Of a stretch of 64,000 nt of DNA, positions 1-12,865 are shown piece after piece (the stretch's first letter is position 1; the number at the start of each line of letters is the position of its first letter). The stretch covers positions 76,446,001 to 76,510,000 of the forward strand of contig OX597822.1 of NCBI GenBank assembly GCA_951406725.2, read 5' to 3'. This DNA comes from Octopus vulgaris (taxonomy: Eukaryota). Both the position numbers and the translations under genes were made by a program. The notes beneath the pieces are model-generated. The model did not search any database. It saw only the letters and a program-made list of their open reading frames with translations, and was not told the DNA's origin.

Positions 1-162
1 AGTGGTGCTGAACCTGGAACCACACAGTTTGTTATGATTTGAAATGATCCAATGGGTCATAAGACTATGCTATGGTTTCTACAGCCAGCGACCCTTCCTA
101 ATGTCAACCATGGTACAAAGTACACTGGGTGATGTCTTTCCATACACACACACACACACACA

Positions 163-400
163 TATTGATAGAAATGGTAAGACAACAAAAGAATGAAAGA
201 GACCTCGATATTATGTAAATAGAGGAATTTATCTGTAAATGTAATATGTGACAATTATTCAGTAACCATTATAAAACTCCAAGTTATCCGATGGCCGGAT
301 AATTGAAGAGATGGTGCCGTGGATTTCTACCCCAACATCTGAAACCCGAAGTTTTATCATGGCTACCGAATAATTGTCACATATTACATTTACAGATATA
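163..400. mobile_element. Fold-back Penelope-like/retrozyme-type element
   Basis: ~50-bp inverted arms (TATCTGTAAATGTAATATGTGACAATTATTC, ~231-278 vs ~350-398) enclosing a hammerhead fold; flanked by CA/TA dinucleotide runs. Confidence 0.6.
298..358 (+). ncRNA. Type I hammerhead ribozyme-like motif (C3>U)
   Basis: GATAA-TTGAAGA-GATG..CATC-T-GAAAC-CCGAA-GTT-TTATC: stem I GATAA/TTATC, stem II GATG/CATC. Confidence 0.6.
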
Positions 401-551
401 TACTGGAGATATGGGTCAGTGGTTAAGAAGTTTGCTTTGCAGTCTATGATTTCAGGTTCACTCCCACTGCATTGCACCTTGGGCAAATGTTAAATGATGA
501 TGATTGTGGCTGTCTATCTATCTACACATGCACATACACTAACACACACAC

Positions 552-605
<54 letters not shown>

Positions 606-748
606 GTGTGTGTTTGATAAGTGCTAACACATGAAACTCATAGCCCTTGAGTTGCTTTTCTGCTAAATATTAATAAAAATGGTATATATATATACTCATG
701 TTTTGTGTTCTATTTTTCCTGTTTGCATCACCAAACCTATATAAACAC

Positions 749-783
<35 letters not shown>

Positions 784-1543
784 TATAATACCTGCAGCTC
801 TAATTTAGAAATCTTGATGTTGGTTGTTCTTATAATACAGAATTTCCAATGTTGTTATTCCCACATTAACCAAACTTGTCTATACATCAGATATTCTGAA
901 TTTCAATCAGATAAATCAACTCACTTTTTTTATTATTTTTATCTCTTCTCAGTTCTGTTCTTTATTGTCTTATTATCCGTCATAATTTCTGAAATCCCCT
1001 GTCTGTTTTTTTGAATTGATGTGAGCACATATGCTTTGTGAATGCCTCATCTGACTGGTTACATTTATCAAACACACACGTCTCTATTCTAGGATGTATG
1101 CGCTTGTATGTGTGCAAATATCTATGCAACTCTGTGTGTGTGTGTGTGTGTGATCTCGGTCATGTCTGCATTTGTGTTTGCCAGTAGAAACGCATTTATT
1201 TGTTTCATGCATACGCATGAGGATATTTATGATGTGTTAGTGTTTATCTGAACATTTTCGTCTGTATAATTGTGTGTGTGTCCGTGTGTGTGTCTTATGC
1301 ATTTGTATTCATATGAATTACTGCAAATAGCTTATGTTGTTGTTTTTTTTTCTGTGTATATTTTTTTGGAAATATTGCAATTTGTTAGAAAGTATTCCTT
1401 GGGCCTGAATAAATCTATAAATTAAGTTTTGTCATAATTGATGCAAATAAAAATATAAAGGCAGAAACACACAAACACTCTGATTCACAGACTCTCAGAA
1501 TCACATGTATGTGTGTGTGAAAATACATGAATACATATATATA

Positions 1544-1673
<130 letters not shown>

Positions 1674-1725
1674 GTCCCATCCATGTTAGCATGGAGGGCG
1701 GATGTTAAACAATGATGATGATAAT

Positions 1726-2040
1726 GAAGGTGTATGGCTCAAGGTATTTGGCACAAGATCGTAAGGTCATGATTTCCATTCCTGTCGTCATGTTGCGTCC
1801 TTGAGCAAGACACTTTATTTCATGTTGCTCCAGTCCACTCAGCTGCCAAAAAGGAGCTGTACCTGTAATTCATAGGGCCAGCCTTGTCACACTTTGCATC
1901 ACACTGCATCTCCCTGAGAACGACATTAGGGCTACACGTGTCTGTGGAGTGCTCAGCCACTTGCACATTAATTTCACAAGCAGACTGTCCTGTTGATCAG
2001 ATCAACTGTAATTCTCATTATCATAAACAGCTGAGGGCCA
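1726..2040 (+). mobile_element. tRNA-derived CORE-like SINE (OR2-like)
   Basis: Degenerate A/B-box head; central TCCTTGAGCAAGACACTTTATTTCATGTTGCTCCAGTCCACTCAGCTG resembles the CORE domain; tail shared with 44140-44323 and 17995-18105. Confidence 0.7.
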
Positions 2041-2285
2041 ATATGTATACAGCAATCCCTTCACTAACACAGGTGTTACGTTCCAAAACCTCCCACAGAA
2101 ATATTTATAATCTAGAAAAATATGAATACCTATCAGTCACAGAAACCCGCGATATGGGGAGGAGTCTGCCATATAAATTCACACATATTAACCAGAAAAT
2201 CCTGCAATATACTGGGTGTGTGATAGGTGAACCATGATATGGCGAGGGAGTACTGTTTATGTATTTCTGTGTGTGTGTGTGTGTT

Positions 2286-2546
2286 GACTGGCATCCGTGT
2301 CGGTGACACATAAAAAGCACCAACCGAACCTGGCCATTTGCCAGCCTCCTCTGACCATGTGCCAGTGGCATGTAAAAAGCACCCACTACACTCACAGTGT
2401 GGTTGGCATTAGGAAGGGCATCCAGCTGTAGAAACACTGCCAAATCAGACTGGTGCCTGGTGCATCCTCCTGGCTTCTCAGATCCCGGTCGAACCATCCA
2501 ACCCATGCTAGCATGGAAAACGGATGTTAAACAATGATGACGATGA
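2286..2546 (+). mobile_element. RTE-clade LINE 3' end, (GAT)n tail
   Basis: GTGGTTGGCATTAGGAAGGGCATCCAGCTGTAGAAAC...CATGCTAGCATGGAAAACGGATGTTAAAC(GAT)n; same family as the ORF-bearing copy at 50200-50801. Confidence 0.75.
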
Positions 2547-2565
2547 TATATAAATATGTATAAAT

Positions 2566-2673
2566 GGCTCCGACAAAAGTAGCTTTAATTTTCTTAGGTC
2601 ATTCAATTTACCTGCAATTGAGTAAACCTCTCAGTAATGTACCTATGATGACAACTGGAAACAGCTGTAAGTC
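2566..2673 (+). ncRNA. Decayed type I hammerhead motif with long stem II
   Basis: GGCT-CCGACAA-[TAGGTCATT/AATGTACCTA hairpin]-GAAAC-AGCT-GTA-AGTC; two core substitutions. Confidence 0.4.
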
Positions 2674-2721
2674 TAATTTGATCAAATAATGGAATTATAT
2701 GCAATGACCATTATATGTATA

Positions 2722-2860
2722 TGGTGTTAGGAAGGACATCCAGCCATAGAAAACCATGACAAATCAGGCTGGAATTGGGTGCAGCCTTCCAGCTTGCCAG
2801 TCCTGGTCAAACTGTCCAAACCATGCCAGCAGAGACAATGGATGTTAAATGATGATGATT
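2722..2860 (+). mobile_element. RTE 3' end fragment
   Basis: TTAGGAAGGACATCCAGCC...GATGTTAAAT(GAT)n. Confidence 0.65.
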
Positions 2861-3423
2861 ATGCTGATGATATACTCAATCGAATCCCCAGCAAGTTAAC
2901 ATGGGATCTTTTAACGACAGTGTAAACTTCATATAATGAGTATTTTGTGGTATATCTATTGTTTGGATGATTCACTCCGTCCAAGGTTCTACTAGCTATG
3001 AAATATATGTTGTCTGGATTTTAACTGACCCCACTACCTAATTTTTTAATGTTTATTTGCATGAGTGGCTGTGTGGTAAGTAGCTTGCTTACCAACCACA
3101 TTTAAGGGAAGACAGAGGGAAGGGAAGACAGAGGGAAGGGAAGACAGAGGGAAAAAATCGCCAATGATACACGTGCGGTCACATATTGAATCTTCTTTTA
3201 TATCTTCTACTTCTACGAATTACTTGAGGCTCACTAACTTCCTACACCTTGTTCTTTGGATCTTACCTTTGCACATATCTCTCTCTATATATATACATAT
3301 ATATATACATCATATATATATATGTATACATGCATACATATATGTATGTATACATGCATATATATATATATACATGCATATATATATATATATGTATACA
3401 TGCATACATATATATATATATGT

Positions 3424-3468
<45 letters not shown>

Positions 3469-3500
3469 TGTATACATGCATATATATACACACATGCATA

Positions 3501-3555
<55 letters not shown>

Positions 3556-3585
3556 ACATGCATACATATATATGTGTATACATGC

Positions 3586-3618
<33 letters not shown>

Positions 3619-3679
3619 GAAAAAAAAAAACATATATATATATATATATGTACATATACATATGTATACATACATATGT

Positions 3680-3909
3680 ACATATATATATATATATTAT
3701 GTCGTATGTAAACAAACATAAGTTTGCATTTGAAGCATTGAGATGTATTGTAGAACAAGTTGAAAGATATTTTTTTTTTCAATATGTAAATATTGAACTG
3801 TATATATAAAGGATAAAAACCTTTTTAAGGGTTCTTAAAAAGGATTTTGCCCTTTATATATATACTGTTCAACATTTACGTGTTGAAAAAATATATCTTT
3901 CTACTTGTT

Positions 3910-3910
<1 letters not shown>
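3680..3910. mobile_element. Fold-back element in (TA)n
   Basis: Inverted arms 3753-3829 / 3834-3910 with a 4-nt loop; left arm extends further; TA tracts on both sides. Confidence 0.6.
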
Positions 3911-3979
<69 letters not shown>

Positions 3980-3980
3980 A

Positions 3981-4395
3981 CGTGGTCTGATCAATACCTA
4001 TCCTGAGTGTTGCCATAGTAACAAAGCAAAAGCACGCAGAGAGAATCTACTTGGCACAGATTGATCATGAATTATGCTGTGCATGTGCACTGAGTTTTAA
4101 TGTTCTACCTCATTTTCACTGTTTACAGCAGTGCGTGGAAGGAAGGTGTGTAGCATGTGATCGTCACACTGACCATGAGAGAGAAAGCTGAGCAGATATT
4201 CTACATGAAATTTTGTCAAAAGCTACCCACTTTCCTTCCAAACATTGCTGCAAACAGCAGAAGTGAGCTAGAAAGTTAAAACTTAGTGTACATACACAGC
4301 AGAGTTCAAGGTCAATTTGTGTTAAACAGCTTCACTTTGCATGCTTTAGCTTCATTACTATGGCAACAGTCCGGATACTTATTGATCAGACCATG
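3981..4395 (+). mobile_element. Non-autonomous mariner derivative with long inverted ends
   Basis: TA-CGTGGTCTGATCAATA...TATTGATCAGACCATG termini, ~165-bp inverted arms, transposase start MREKAEQIFYMKFCQK. Confidence 0.75.
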
Positions 4396-4420
4396 TGTGT
4401 GTGTGTATATATATATATAT

Positions 4421-4850
<430 letters not shown>

Positions 4851-4866
4851 TATATATATATATATA

Positions 4867-5045
4867 AGGTGTTCAAAAAGTCTCTCCGCAGTGAACATTT
4901 TTCATCCTGTACATCACCACGGTGCTACTTCAAGAGTTTTTCAGTGAACAGATTATGTCGAAGGGACTTAAGCCACCAACTTCACCTGATTTAACACCAC
5001 CAGACTTTTTTTTTTCTGGGGAGCAAGTAAAGGATCAGTGTACAA
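4867..5045 (+). mobile_element. Tc1/mariner transposase remnant
   Basis: TA-AGGTGTTCAAAAAGT end; peptide LQEFFSEQIMSKGLKPPTSPDLTPPDFF matches the (W)PPxSPDLxPxDF motif. Confidence 0.7.
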
Positions 5046-5584
5046 GAATGGCCCAAAAAACCATTAAATACTTACTTCAGAGAGACCTTTTGAAAACCCT
5101 GTATTTTATTCTGTCCAAGTTAGTCCCTTTCTTCCTTAAATCTTGCCCATGGGTGCACAGGGTCTTCAATCAAGTTACTACTCACAACCTGTAACTTACC
5201 TGAAGATCCTGTTTATACACAGAGGCAAAAATTAAGTAATTTTTGTGCCTTGGCCAAAATAAGATTTTTGTTCCATCAATCAACAGTAAACAGAACACAC
5301 ACACACACTTACACACATGCACACTCACAAACACATGTGCGCATGAATGCACACATGGTTTCACGTTTGTTTCAATGCAATGTAAAAGACTGCATTAAGA
5401 AAGGAGGAGCCATCATCAACATCACCCTGTGGCTATTGTTGAAGGTCTCTCTCAGGGCTCTCAATGCCACAGGATCTGCTGATCTCATATCAGTCTCGTT
5501 AGCTATGTCTGATCCCATGAGAAATAATGTACTGGAGGTGTAGGAGGAGGAATGCCTTGAATCTGTTCCTCATGAGCGTTCTGT

Positions 5585-5818
5585 CTCAAGCTGTAGGACT
5601 TCGAAGGCTGGTTCCCTAGTTTCCATGGCATACAAGTGGTCGAGATCCACAACACACTCCCTGGATAGGATGTCGAACCATTGCTCCAGTCCTGTGGACT
5701 GGAGCAACATGAAATGAAGTGTGTTGCTTAAGAACACAATGTGCCACCAAGTCCAGGAATTGAAACCACGATCTTACAATCCTGAGTGCAACACCTTAAC
5801 CACCAGGCCACCTGCTTT
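5585..5818 (-). mobile_element. CORE-like tRNA SINE (variant tail)
   Basis: Reverse complement of TGGCCTGGTGGTTAAGG head, GTTTCAATTCC B box and CORE-like centre; tail similar to 18215-18445. Confidence 0.6.
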
Positions 5819-6039
5819 CACTTCCTCATGGCAAATTATTTATTTCTCATTTTGAACTTCATATACTTACTGTATTTGTGGACATAGACCTTCCCAACAA
5901 ACCATGTTTTACTTTGTGTGTGGTGGTGGTGGGAGGGTGATTTATTGATTCCCTTAACAACTATAAAATCTATCAGTCTCTTTCTGATTGACATTTTCAG
6001 TTCTTTCAAAGCTTTTCTCACTGTTCCATCATATAACTT

Positions 6040-7080
6040 ATTGTCTCTTTGTCTGTTTAGCTGTCTGTCTGTGTGTCTGACTGTCTCTCTCTCTTTCTGT
6101 CTACCTCCCTCTCACTCTCTCTTGCTCTCTCTCTCTCTCTGCTTCTTCTTAACGTTTTCTCTCTCTTTCTTTCACTCTCTCTCCTCCTTCCATTCACTCT
6201 GTCTTTCGACCACCTTCCATCCTTCCTACCCCTCCATCTCCACTTTATCCTTCTCCTTTCATCCATCCCGATTCTCCCACAGTTCACACTTCCTCCCACC
6301 TTCATCCACCCGTCTTCTACTTTCATCCACCCTTTTCCCCCACCACAGCTCTCCCACCCATGTCCATCACTATCTCATTTCTCTCTTTCTGGATGACTCT
6401 CTCTCTCCATTTTGTTACACACAATCTTAATAATTTTCTGATAAACCTAAAAGTAGATGTTGTAGTAGTAGTAGTAGTAGCAGTAGTAGTAGTAATAGTA
6501 GTAGTAGTAGTAGTAGTAGTAGTTGTTGTTTTTGTTGTTGTTATTGATTTTGTTATTGTAGTAAACGATGTGTCTTTTCATTGTCATTGAACGATAATTG
6601 CAGTTGTTGTTGTTGTGCTGATGGGGGCGGTAAAGGTGATAGTGAAAGTACTTGTTTTTGTTGTTGTTGTTGTTTTTCCTGTTGTTGCTCTTATTGTAGT
6701 TTAGTGTATAATAATGTGTCTTCTTATTATTGTCAGAAAATTATAATTCTTGTTACTGTTGTTGTTATGCTTATTGTTATTATTACTATTGTTTGTGTTG
6801 TTATTGTCTGGATGATAATTTGTCTTCTTAGAAACAATAATTGTTGTTGTTATTTTTCATGTTGTTTTTATTTTACGCTGTTATTGTTTGTTGTTTATCT
6901 TATTGTTTATATTGTTGCTATTGATTTTTGATGCTGTTACTGTTCTATGCTTGTTTGCTTGTTGTTTATCATCACAAACAATAGATGCTGCTGCTGCTGC
7001 TGTGGTTGTTGTTGTTGTCGCCGTCATCATTTGTTTGTGTTCTTGTAGTGATTGGGTAATGTGTCTTCTTTGCTGTTATG
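6040..7080. repeat. Low-complexity (CT)n, (GTA)n, (GTT)n tracts
   Basis: Degenerate simple repeats. Confidence 0.85.
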
Positions 7081-7159
7081 AATGATAATTCTTGCTGTTG
7101 CTTAATTTCTGTGCGGAATAAATTAAAATAGCAGTTATAAGGAGACAGGGCCAACCAGC

Positions 7160-7540
7160 CACGACTACCACCAACACCCTACCACTCCTACCTCCACCAC
7201 CACCACCAACAACAACAACAACCACAACAATGCTAACATCACCAACATCACCACCACCACTACCACCACCAGAATTGCAACTAACTCTACTGTCACCATC
7301 ACCACCACAATCACCATCACTACCACCACCACCACCGCCGCCACCGCCACCACCACTACCACTGCTCTCTCTCTCTTTCTCACTTCTATCACTCCTACCA
7401 CTACCATCACAACTTCCATGATTACAATCAACAATAATTTACTACCTGTAATCATCCCCATGGCAACCAGCACCAACACCATGGTATGGCTGTCATTATC
7501 ACCACCACTATGAACATCATCATCATAGGCTTCATCATCA
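7160..7540. repeat. (CAC/ACC)n low-complexity tract
   Basis: Degenerate trinucleotide repeat. Confidence 0.85.
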
Positions 7541-7564
7541 TTGTGAAACCAAAAGTAAGGGTCA

Positions 7565-8140
7565 CCCTGTGGTCATCTGACCTATTAAAAAATTGAACCA
7601 AATTTTCTTCCATTCACATCCCCTCACTTTAGAAAATGGACACATTGGATGTTAGGCAAAATCAGACTGGATGGTCATGATTGGATCATTTTGATTATAG
7701 CTCTAACTTGTAAGTGCTAACAATGATAATGAGCTGTTATTTGGTTGTTTATCTGCTAAAACGAGCCACCAAATCTCCCTCAAAACACATCCTGCTATCT
7801 GAGAAAAAGCCATATTGGTTAGCATGGTTCGGAGTTTCTTGCTTATAAGAAGAGAAGAGATGGTCAAAATTTAGAATGTCTTTGATCATAAGGCTGCCTG
7901 ATCAGGGTTGACTCAGGGCTAAACAGCACCAACAGCAGCAAAAACAAAGGATCCTTTATGTGCTAAAAATAGTGGGTAACCTCCCCCAAATCAGACACCA
8001 ACATCTTGAAAAAAAGAAGGGCACATTGGACAATACTGTCCTAGATGTTCTTGGATAAGGCTGTATGGTCATGGCTGGAATTCCTTTGGCCACAGATTTG
8101 CTTAGTTTGGGCTGACGTGGGGTTAAGCAACAATAACAAC
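7565..8140 (+). repeat. Three head-to-tail diverged copies of an ~190-bp interspersed unit with (AAC)n tail
   Basis: Recurring CCAAATCTCCCTCAAA..CACATTGGA..ATGGTCATGGCTGGAAT..TTTGATCA..GGGCTAAAC(AAC)n; further copies at 8500-8755, 29050-29500(-), 29745-29920(-), 38668-38860. Confidence 0.6.
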
Positions 8141-8237
8141 ACCAATACAATGATCTCTATCACATCATCTCTAACACAGCATCACATTCATCATCATTGC
8201 CATCGCAGTCACAAAAATCAATATTATCAAGATGATA

Positions 8238-8458
8238 GGCAACAAGCTGGTAGAAACATTAACACGTCGGGCGAAATGCTTAGCAGTATTTTGTCTGTCT
8301 TTACGTTCTGAGTTCAAATTCCGCCGAGGTCAACTTTGCCTTTCATCCTTTCGGGGTTGATAAATTAAGTACCAGTTGCATACTGGGGATCGATTTAATC
8401 GACTGGTCCCTTCCCCCAAAGTTCCAGGCCTTGTGCCTAGAGTAGAAAAGAATATTAT
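8238..8458 (+). mobile_element. tRNA-derived SINE family C
   Basis: GGCAACAAGCTGGTAGAA head, GAGTTCAAATTCC B box, GCCTTTCATCCTTTCGGGGTTGATAAATTAAGTACCAG centre, (ATT)n-like tail. Confidence 0.75.
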
Positions 8459-8844
8459 CATCAAGATGGCCACCACAACAACAAAAAAATAAAGGAGTGT
8501 CTACATGATCCCTCAACATATTAGAAATAGGCACTGCAACAAGCCAATAAAGGAATGCTTGTGTGGACCCACTAGAAATCACAACAAAATAGCTTTCTAA
8601 TTACATCCTAATGTCGTTAATAGAGAAAAGACTTAATTAATGAAATTGATAAACTGTCAGAATAAAAGATGGAATGGTCATGAGTGGAGAGCCTTTGATC
8701 AAAAGTCTTTTCAATCAAGGTTAATTTTGGGCTAAACAGCAACAACAGCAACAGCAAAATTCCAATGAGTGAAACTGTTAGTAGTCTTATGGCTAGCTAG
8801 AAATAGAAACCAAACACCCTTGATATCACAGCCATTTTTTATGC

Positions 8845-9226
8845 TTTATTTGTTTCAGTCAGTAGGCCGTGGCCATGTTGGGGCATCCTCTTGGACAATT
8901 TTAGTTGAATGAATTGACCCCAGGGCTTATTATTTTTGGAAGTCTGGTATTTATTCTATTGGTCTCTTTTGCTGAGCTGCTAAGTTACGGGTATGTAGAC
9001 ACACCAATACCAGTTGTCAAGTGGTGTTACAGGACAAAGAATACACACGCACACACACTCACATGCACACATACACACACATCTTCATACACACACACAC
9101 ACACATACACACACACACACATACTCACAAACACATGCAGACACACACGTACACACACATACACACATAGACACATAGATGACGGGCTTCTTTTCAGACT
9201 CCACCTACCAAATCTACTCACAAGGC
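8845..9226 (-). mobile_element. SINE family A (head truncated)
   Basis: Reverse complement of family A tail with internal (CA)n. Confidence 0.7.
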
Positions 9227-9234
9227 TTAACAAC

Positions 9235-10310
9235 AGCATCACCACAACATCAACCACTACCGCTCACACAACCACCACCACCACCACTAGCACTGCCACC
9301 ATCATCACTATCATCATAAATAGCATGAAACCTCACAATGATTTTAACCTTTTATCACCACCATCACCACCACCACCACTGCCACCATCACCAACACCAC
9401 TACAACTACATCACTACTGCCACTACAATCACCACCACCTCAGTCATTACAACCACCACCACCACCACCACCACCACCGGCAGCATCACCACTTCAGGTT
9501 TCACACCAAGAACAACATTCATATTACCAAAATCCCCACCGCTAACACCCAGACCATTACCTCTTGGAGCTCTTGGACGACCACCATGACAAGAACAGTA
9601 ACACCTACATGACTTCTGATAGCACAGAGGCCACTACTACTTGGACCACCACTAGCAAAACCACCGTTGCCTCCAACGCCACAGCCACCACCACCATCAC
9701 CACCACCTTTGCCAATATCTGCATCACTGTCAGTCAAAAACCATTATAGCGTTCAAAGTTCTAAGAGAGACAAATTTAATTTGTATCACTTGTTTATTTA
9801 CATTGCGTTATTGTTTACTGCAACAACAACATCAACGATAACAGCTGCAAGAACTACAGCAACAACAACAATAACAACATCAATGATAACAGCAGCAACA
9901 ACAACAACAACAGCAATAACATCAATGATAACAGCAGCAACAACTGAGGCAACAACAGCAACAATAACAACATCGTAAACAAAAGCAACAAAAACAACTA
10001 AGGACAACAACCGCCACAAAAACAAGAGCAACAAAAATAGTTCCGGAATTATTTTTTCCTAAGTGATAAAAAGAAAAAAAAAACCCGGACAATAATCACT
10101 AAAAAGAAACAAAAAAAAAAGAATATGCAGCAACAGCAACAAACAACAACAATAGTGATAAGAGACAACAACAACAACAACAACAACAACAACAGGAGAG
10201 CTATAAATCTTGAACAAAATTTAAAAAAAAACACAAGAAAAAAACTAAAGATAAAAATTCAATAGCAACAAAAGAACAACAACAACAACAACAACAAACA
10301 ACAACAATGA
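9235..10310. repeat. (CAC)n / (CAA)n low-complexity tracts
   Basis: Degenerate trinucleotide repeats. Confidence 0.85.
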
Positions 10311-10699
10311 TAGCACTCTAAATTATCTCTGTTTGCCTGCTTGTCTGCCTGTCTGCCTGCCTGCCTGTCTGTCTGTCTCCCAAAATCCCCAAATTCCTTA
10401 GATATTAAGTGATTGAATCCCCCACCCCCGAAACCTCACCACCACCACCATCCATCCTTCTAAATCTGCCAAGGCTAATAAATATATGGAAGAAGGGAGG
10501 AGGCACCGTTATAAGTAAATAAACGAACATTCATTTTAGTGTTTGATCTTGGTTTTTGTTGTTGACGCTTTTGCTGTTGGCATTCTTGTTCTTGAGGATG
10601 ATGTGTCTAATTTAACAACCTAGCATATTTTAACATACGCCTATCTACTTCACACAAAAGCCAAGGGCTTTCATATTGTAACCATTGATGTTTTTAATA

Positions 10700-10890
10700 C
10701 CTCATCATCATTTTTGTCATCATCATCATCAGCAGCATCATCTTTATTACTTAACGTCTGTTTTCCATGCTGGCATGGGTTAGATGGTTTGATGGGAGCT
10801 GGCAAGCTGGGGAGCTGCACCACCCTCCATTTGTCTGTTTTGGTATGGTTTCTATGGCTGGATGCCCTTCATAATGCTAACCACGTAACA
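10700..10890 (-). mobile_element. RTE 3' end
   Basis: (CAT)n-TTAACGTCTGTTTTCCATGCTGGCATGGG...GGATGCCCTTC. Confidence 0.7.
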
Positions 10891-11041
10891 GAGTGTATTT
10901 TTACATGGGACAGTATGTATTTTTACATTGGATAGCTTTTTACATGGGATAGCATTTTACATGGGACAACATGGGTGCTTTTTATCATATGGCACCAGAA
11001 TGAATGCTTCTTGAATGGCACCAGCAAAGATGCTTTTCCTG

Positions 11042-11145
11042 TGGCTATAGTAGAAGACACTTGTACAAGGTGCCATGCAATGGGAATAAACCCGGAACCA
11101 TGAGGTTGGTAAGCAAGTTACTTACCACACAGCCACTCCTGTGCC
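11042..11145 (-). mobile_element. SINE family A head
   Basis: Reverse complement of CAGGAGTGGCTGTGTGGTAAG head. Confidence 0.7.
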
Positions 11146-11223
11146 GATACTATATAATATATATATAGATAGATAGATAGATGTATGATATATATGTATG
11201 ATATATATATATGATATATAATA

Positions 11224-11257
<34 letters not shown>

Positions 11258-11263
<6 letters not shown>

Positions 11264-11450
11264 AATATTTTGCGTAATAAGATAAAAAACCAAGGCTATT
11301 ATGCAAAATATTCTTATATACATACGCTGACATACAACCAGCGTTGAACCCATAATTCACAATATTACCAAATCTGGAACTTAACTATGGTCTGTCTATA
11401 GCACTTATTCAGCATTACCTGACGCCATTTTGGGTCTCAATGACACATTA

Positions 11451-11453
<3 letters not shown>
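11258..11453. mobile_element. Fold-back element, same family as 4421-4742
   Basis: TATAAGAATATTTTGCGTAATA / TATTATGCAAAATATTCTTATA inversion plus shared tail ending GGTCTCAATGACAC; within (TA)n. Confidence 0.7.
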
Positions 11454-11493
<40 letters not shown>

Positions 11494-11502
11494 ATATATA
11501 TA

Positions 11503-11537
<35 letters not shown>

Positions 11538-11564
11538 CATTGTATATATATATATATATATATA

Positions 11565-11615
<51 letters not shown>

Positions 11616-11756
11616 TGTATGAGATATATATAACAGACATATATATATAGTTGTTATATATATATATAGATGTATGATATATATATGTGATATATATATA
11701 TAACAGACATATATATATATTTGTTATATATATAATATATACATTATATATATATA

Positions 11757-11980
11757 GGTGCAGGCATGGCTGTGTGATAAGAAGCTTGCTTCCCAACCAC
11801 ATGGTTCTGTGTTCATTTTCTACTATAACCTCAGGCCGACCAAAGCCTTGTGAGTGGATTTGGTAGGCGGAAACTAAAAGAAGCCTGTCGTATCGAGGCT
11901 ATAGTAGAAGACAATTGTGCAAGGTGTCACGCAGTGGGACTGAACCTGGAACCATGTGGTTGGGAAGCAAGCTTCTTACC
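11757..11980. mobile_element. Two abutting SINE A heads in opposite orientation
   Basis: + head 11757-11892, - head 11893-11980. Confidence 0.65.
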
Positions 11981-12419
11981 ATGCATGCGTGTATGTGTGT
12001 ATTGGTGAGTGTCTTCATAAAGAACTGAAGCACACCATCAACATTGAGTTGAAATGTTACTTGGAACCAGCAGAAGAATCTTTGTATCTTTCTTAATCTG
12101 GGAGATGAAAAACTGACTGCAAAGTTTATTGAGAGCAGTTTAGCTGTTTGTCAAACTGTTTGACAAACCTCCCTTGGACATACTTTTAAGTTACAGTCAG
12201 TCTTTCTCTTTAACCTATGTTTTGTATGTATGTATGTGTTTAAACCTTCGTTGTAGCTATATAAACATAGCTATTTTAATTTACTTCTCCATGAAGAAGG
12301 GTGAAAAGAATGAATAGCTTCAGTTTTCGATCCTTTTTGCAGTTTCATCAGAGGCTTTCATATCACTTGACTAAATCCAGAAAAACAAGCAGCTTATCTG
12401 TTTATATGCACAACAGCTA

Positions 12420-12571
12420 GTAGACAGACAGACACAGACAGAGAGATAGATAGATAGATGGACGGACAAATTCATAGATAGATAGATAGATGGACAGACA
12501 AATTCATAGATAGATAGATAGGTAGATAGATAGATAGATAGATGGACGGACAAATTCATAGATAGATAGAT

Positions 12572-12602
<31 letters not shown>

Positions 12603-12754
12603 CAGAGAGACAGACACAAATTGATAGATAGCTAGATAGATAGATGGATGGATAGATAGATAGATAGACGGACAAACAGACAAATTTATAGATAGATAGA
12701 TGGATGGACGGACAAACTGATAGATAGATAGATAGACTGACAGACAGACAAATT

Positions 12755-12800
<46 letters not shown>

Positions 12801-12865
12801 CGGACAGACAGACAAATTGATAGATAGATAGATAGATAGACAGACAGAAAGACAAATTGATAGAT
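12420..12865. repeat. (GATA)n with higher-order GACAAATT(C/G)ATA interruptions
   Basis: Direct inspection. Confidence 0.9.

Noticed and set aside
8905-9612. 235-aa Thr/His/Pro-rich ORF
   Set aside because: Reads through an antisense SINE tail and CAC repeats; no splice or domain evidence
12318-12358. Minus-strand CTGATGA..GAAA
   Set aside because: No convincing stem II or NUH triplet
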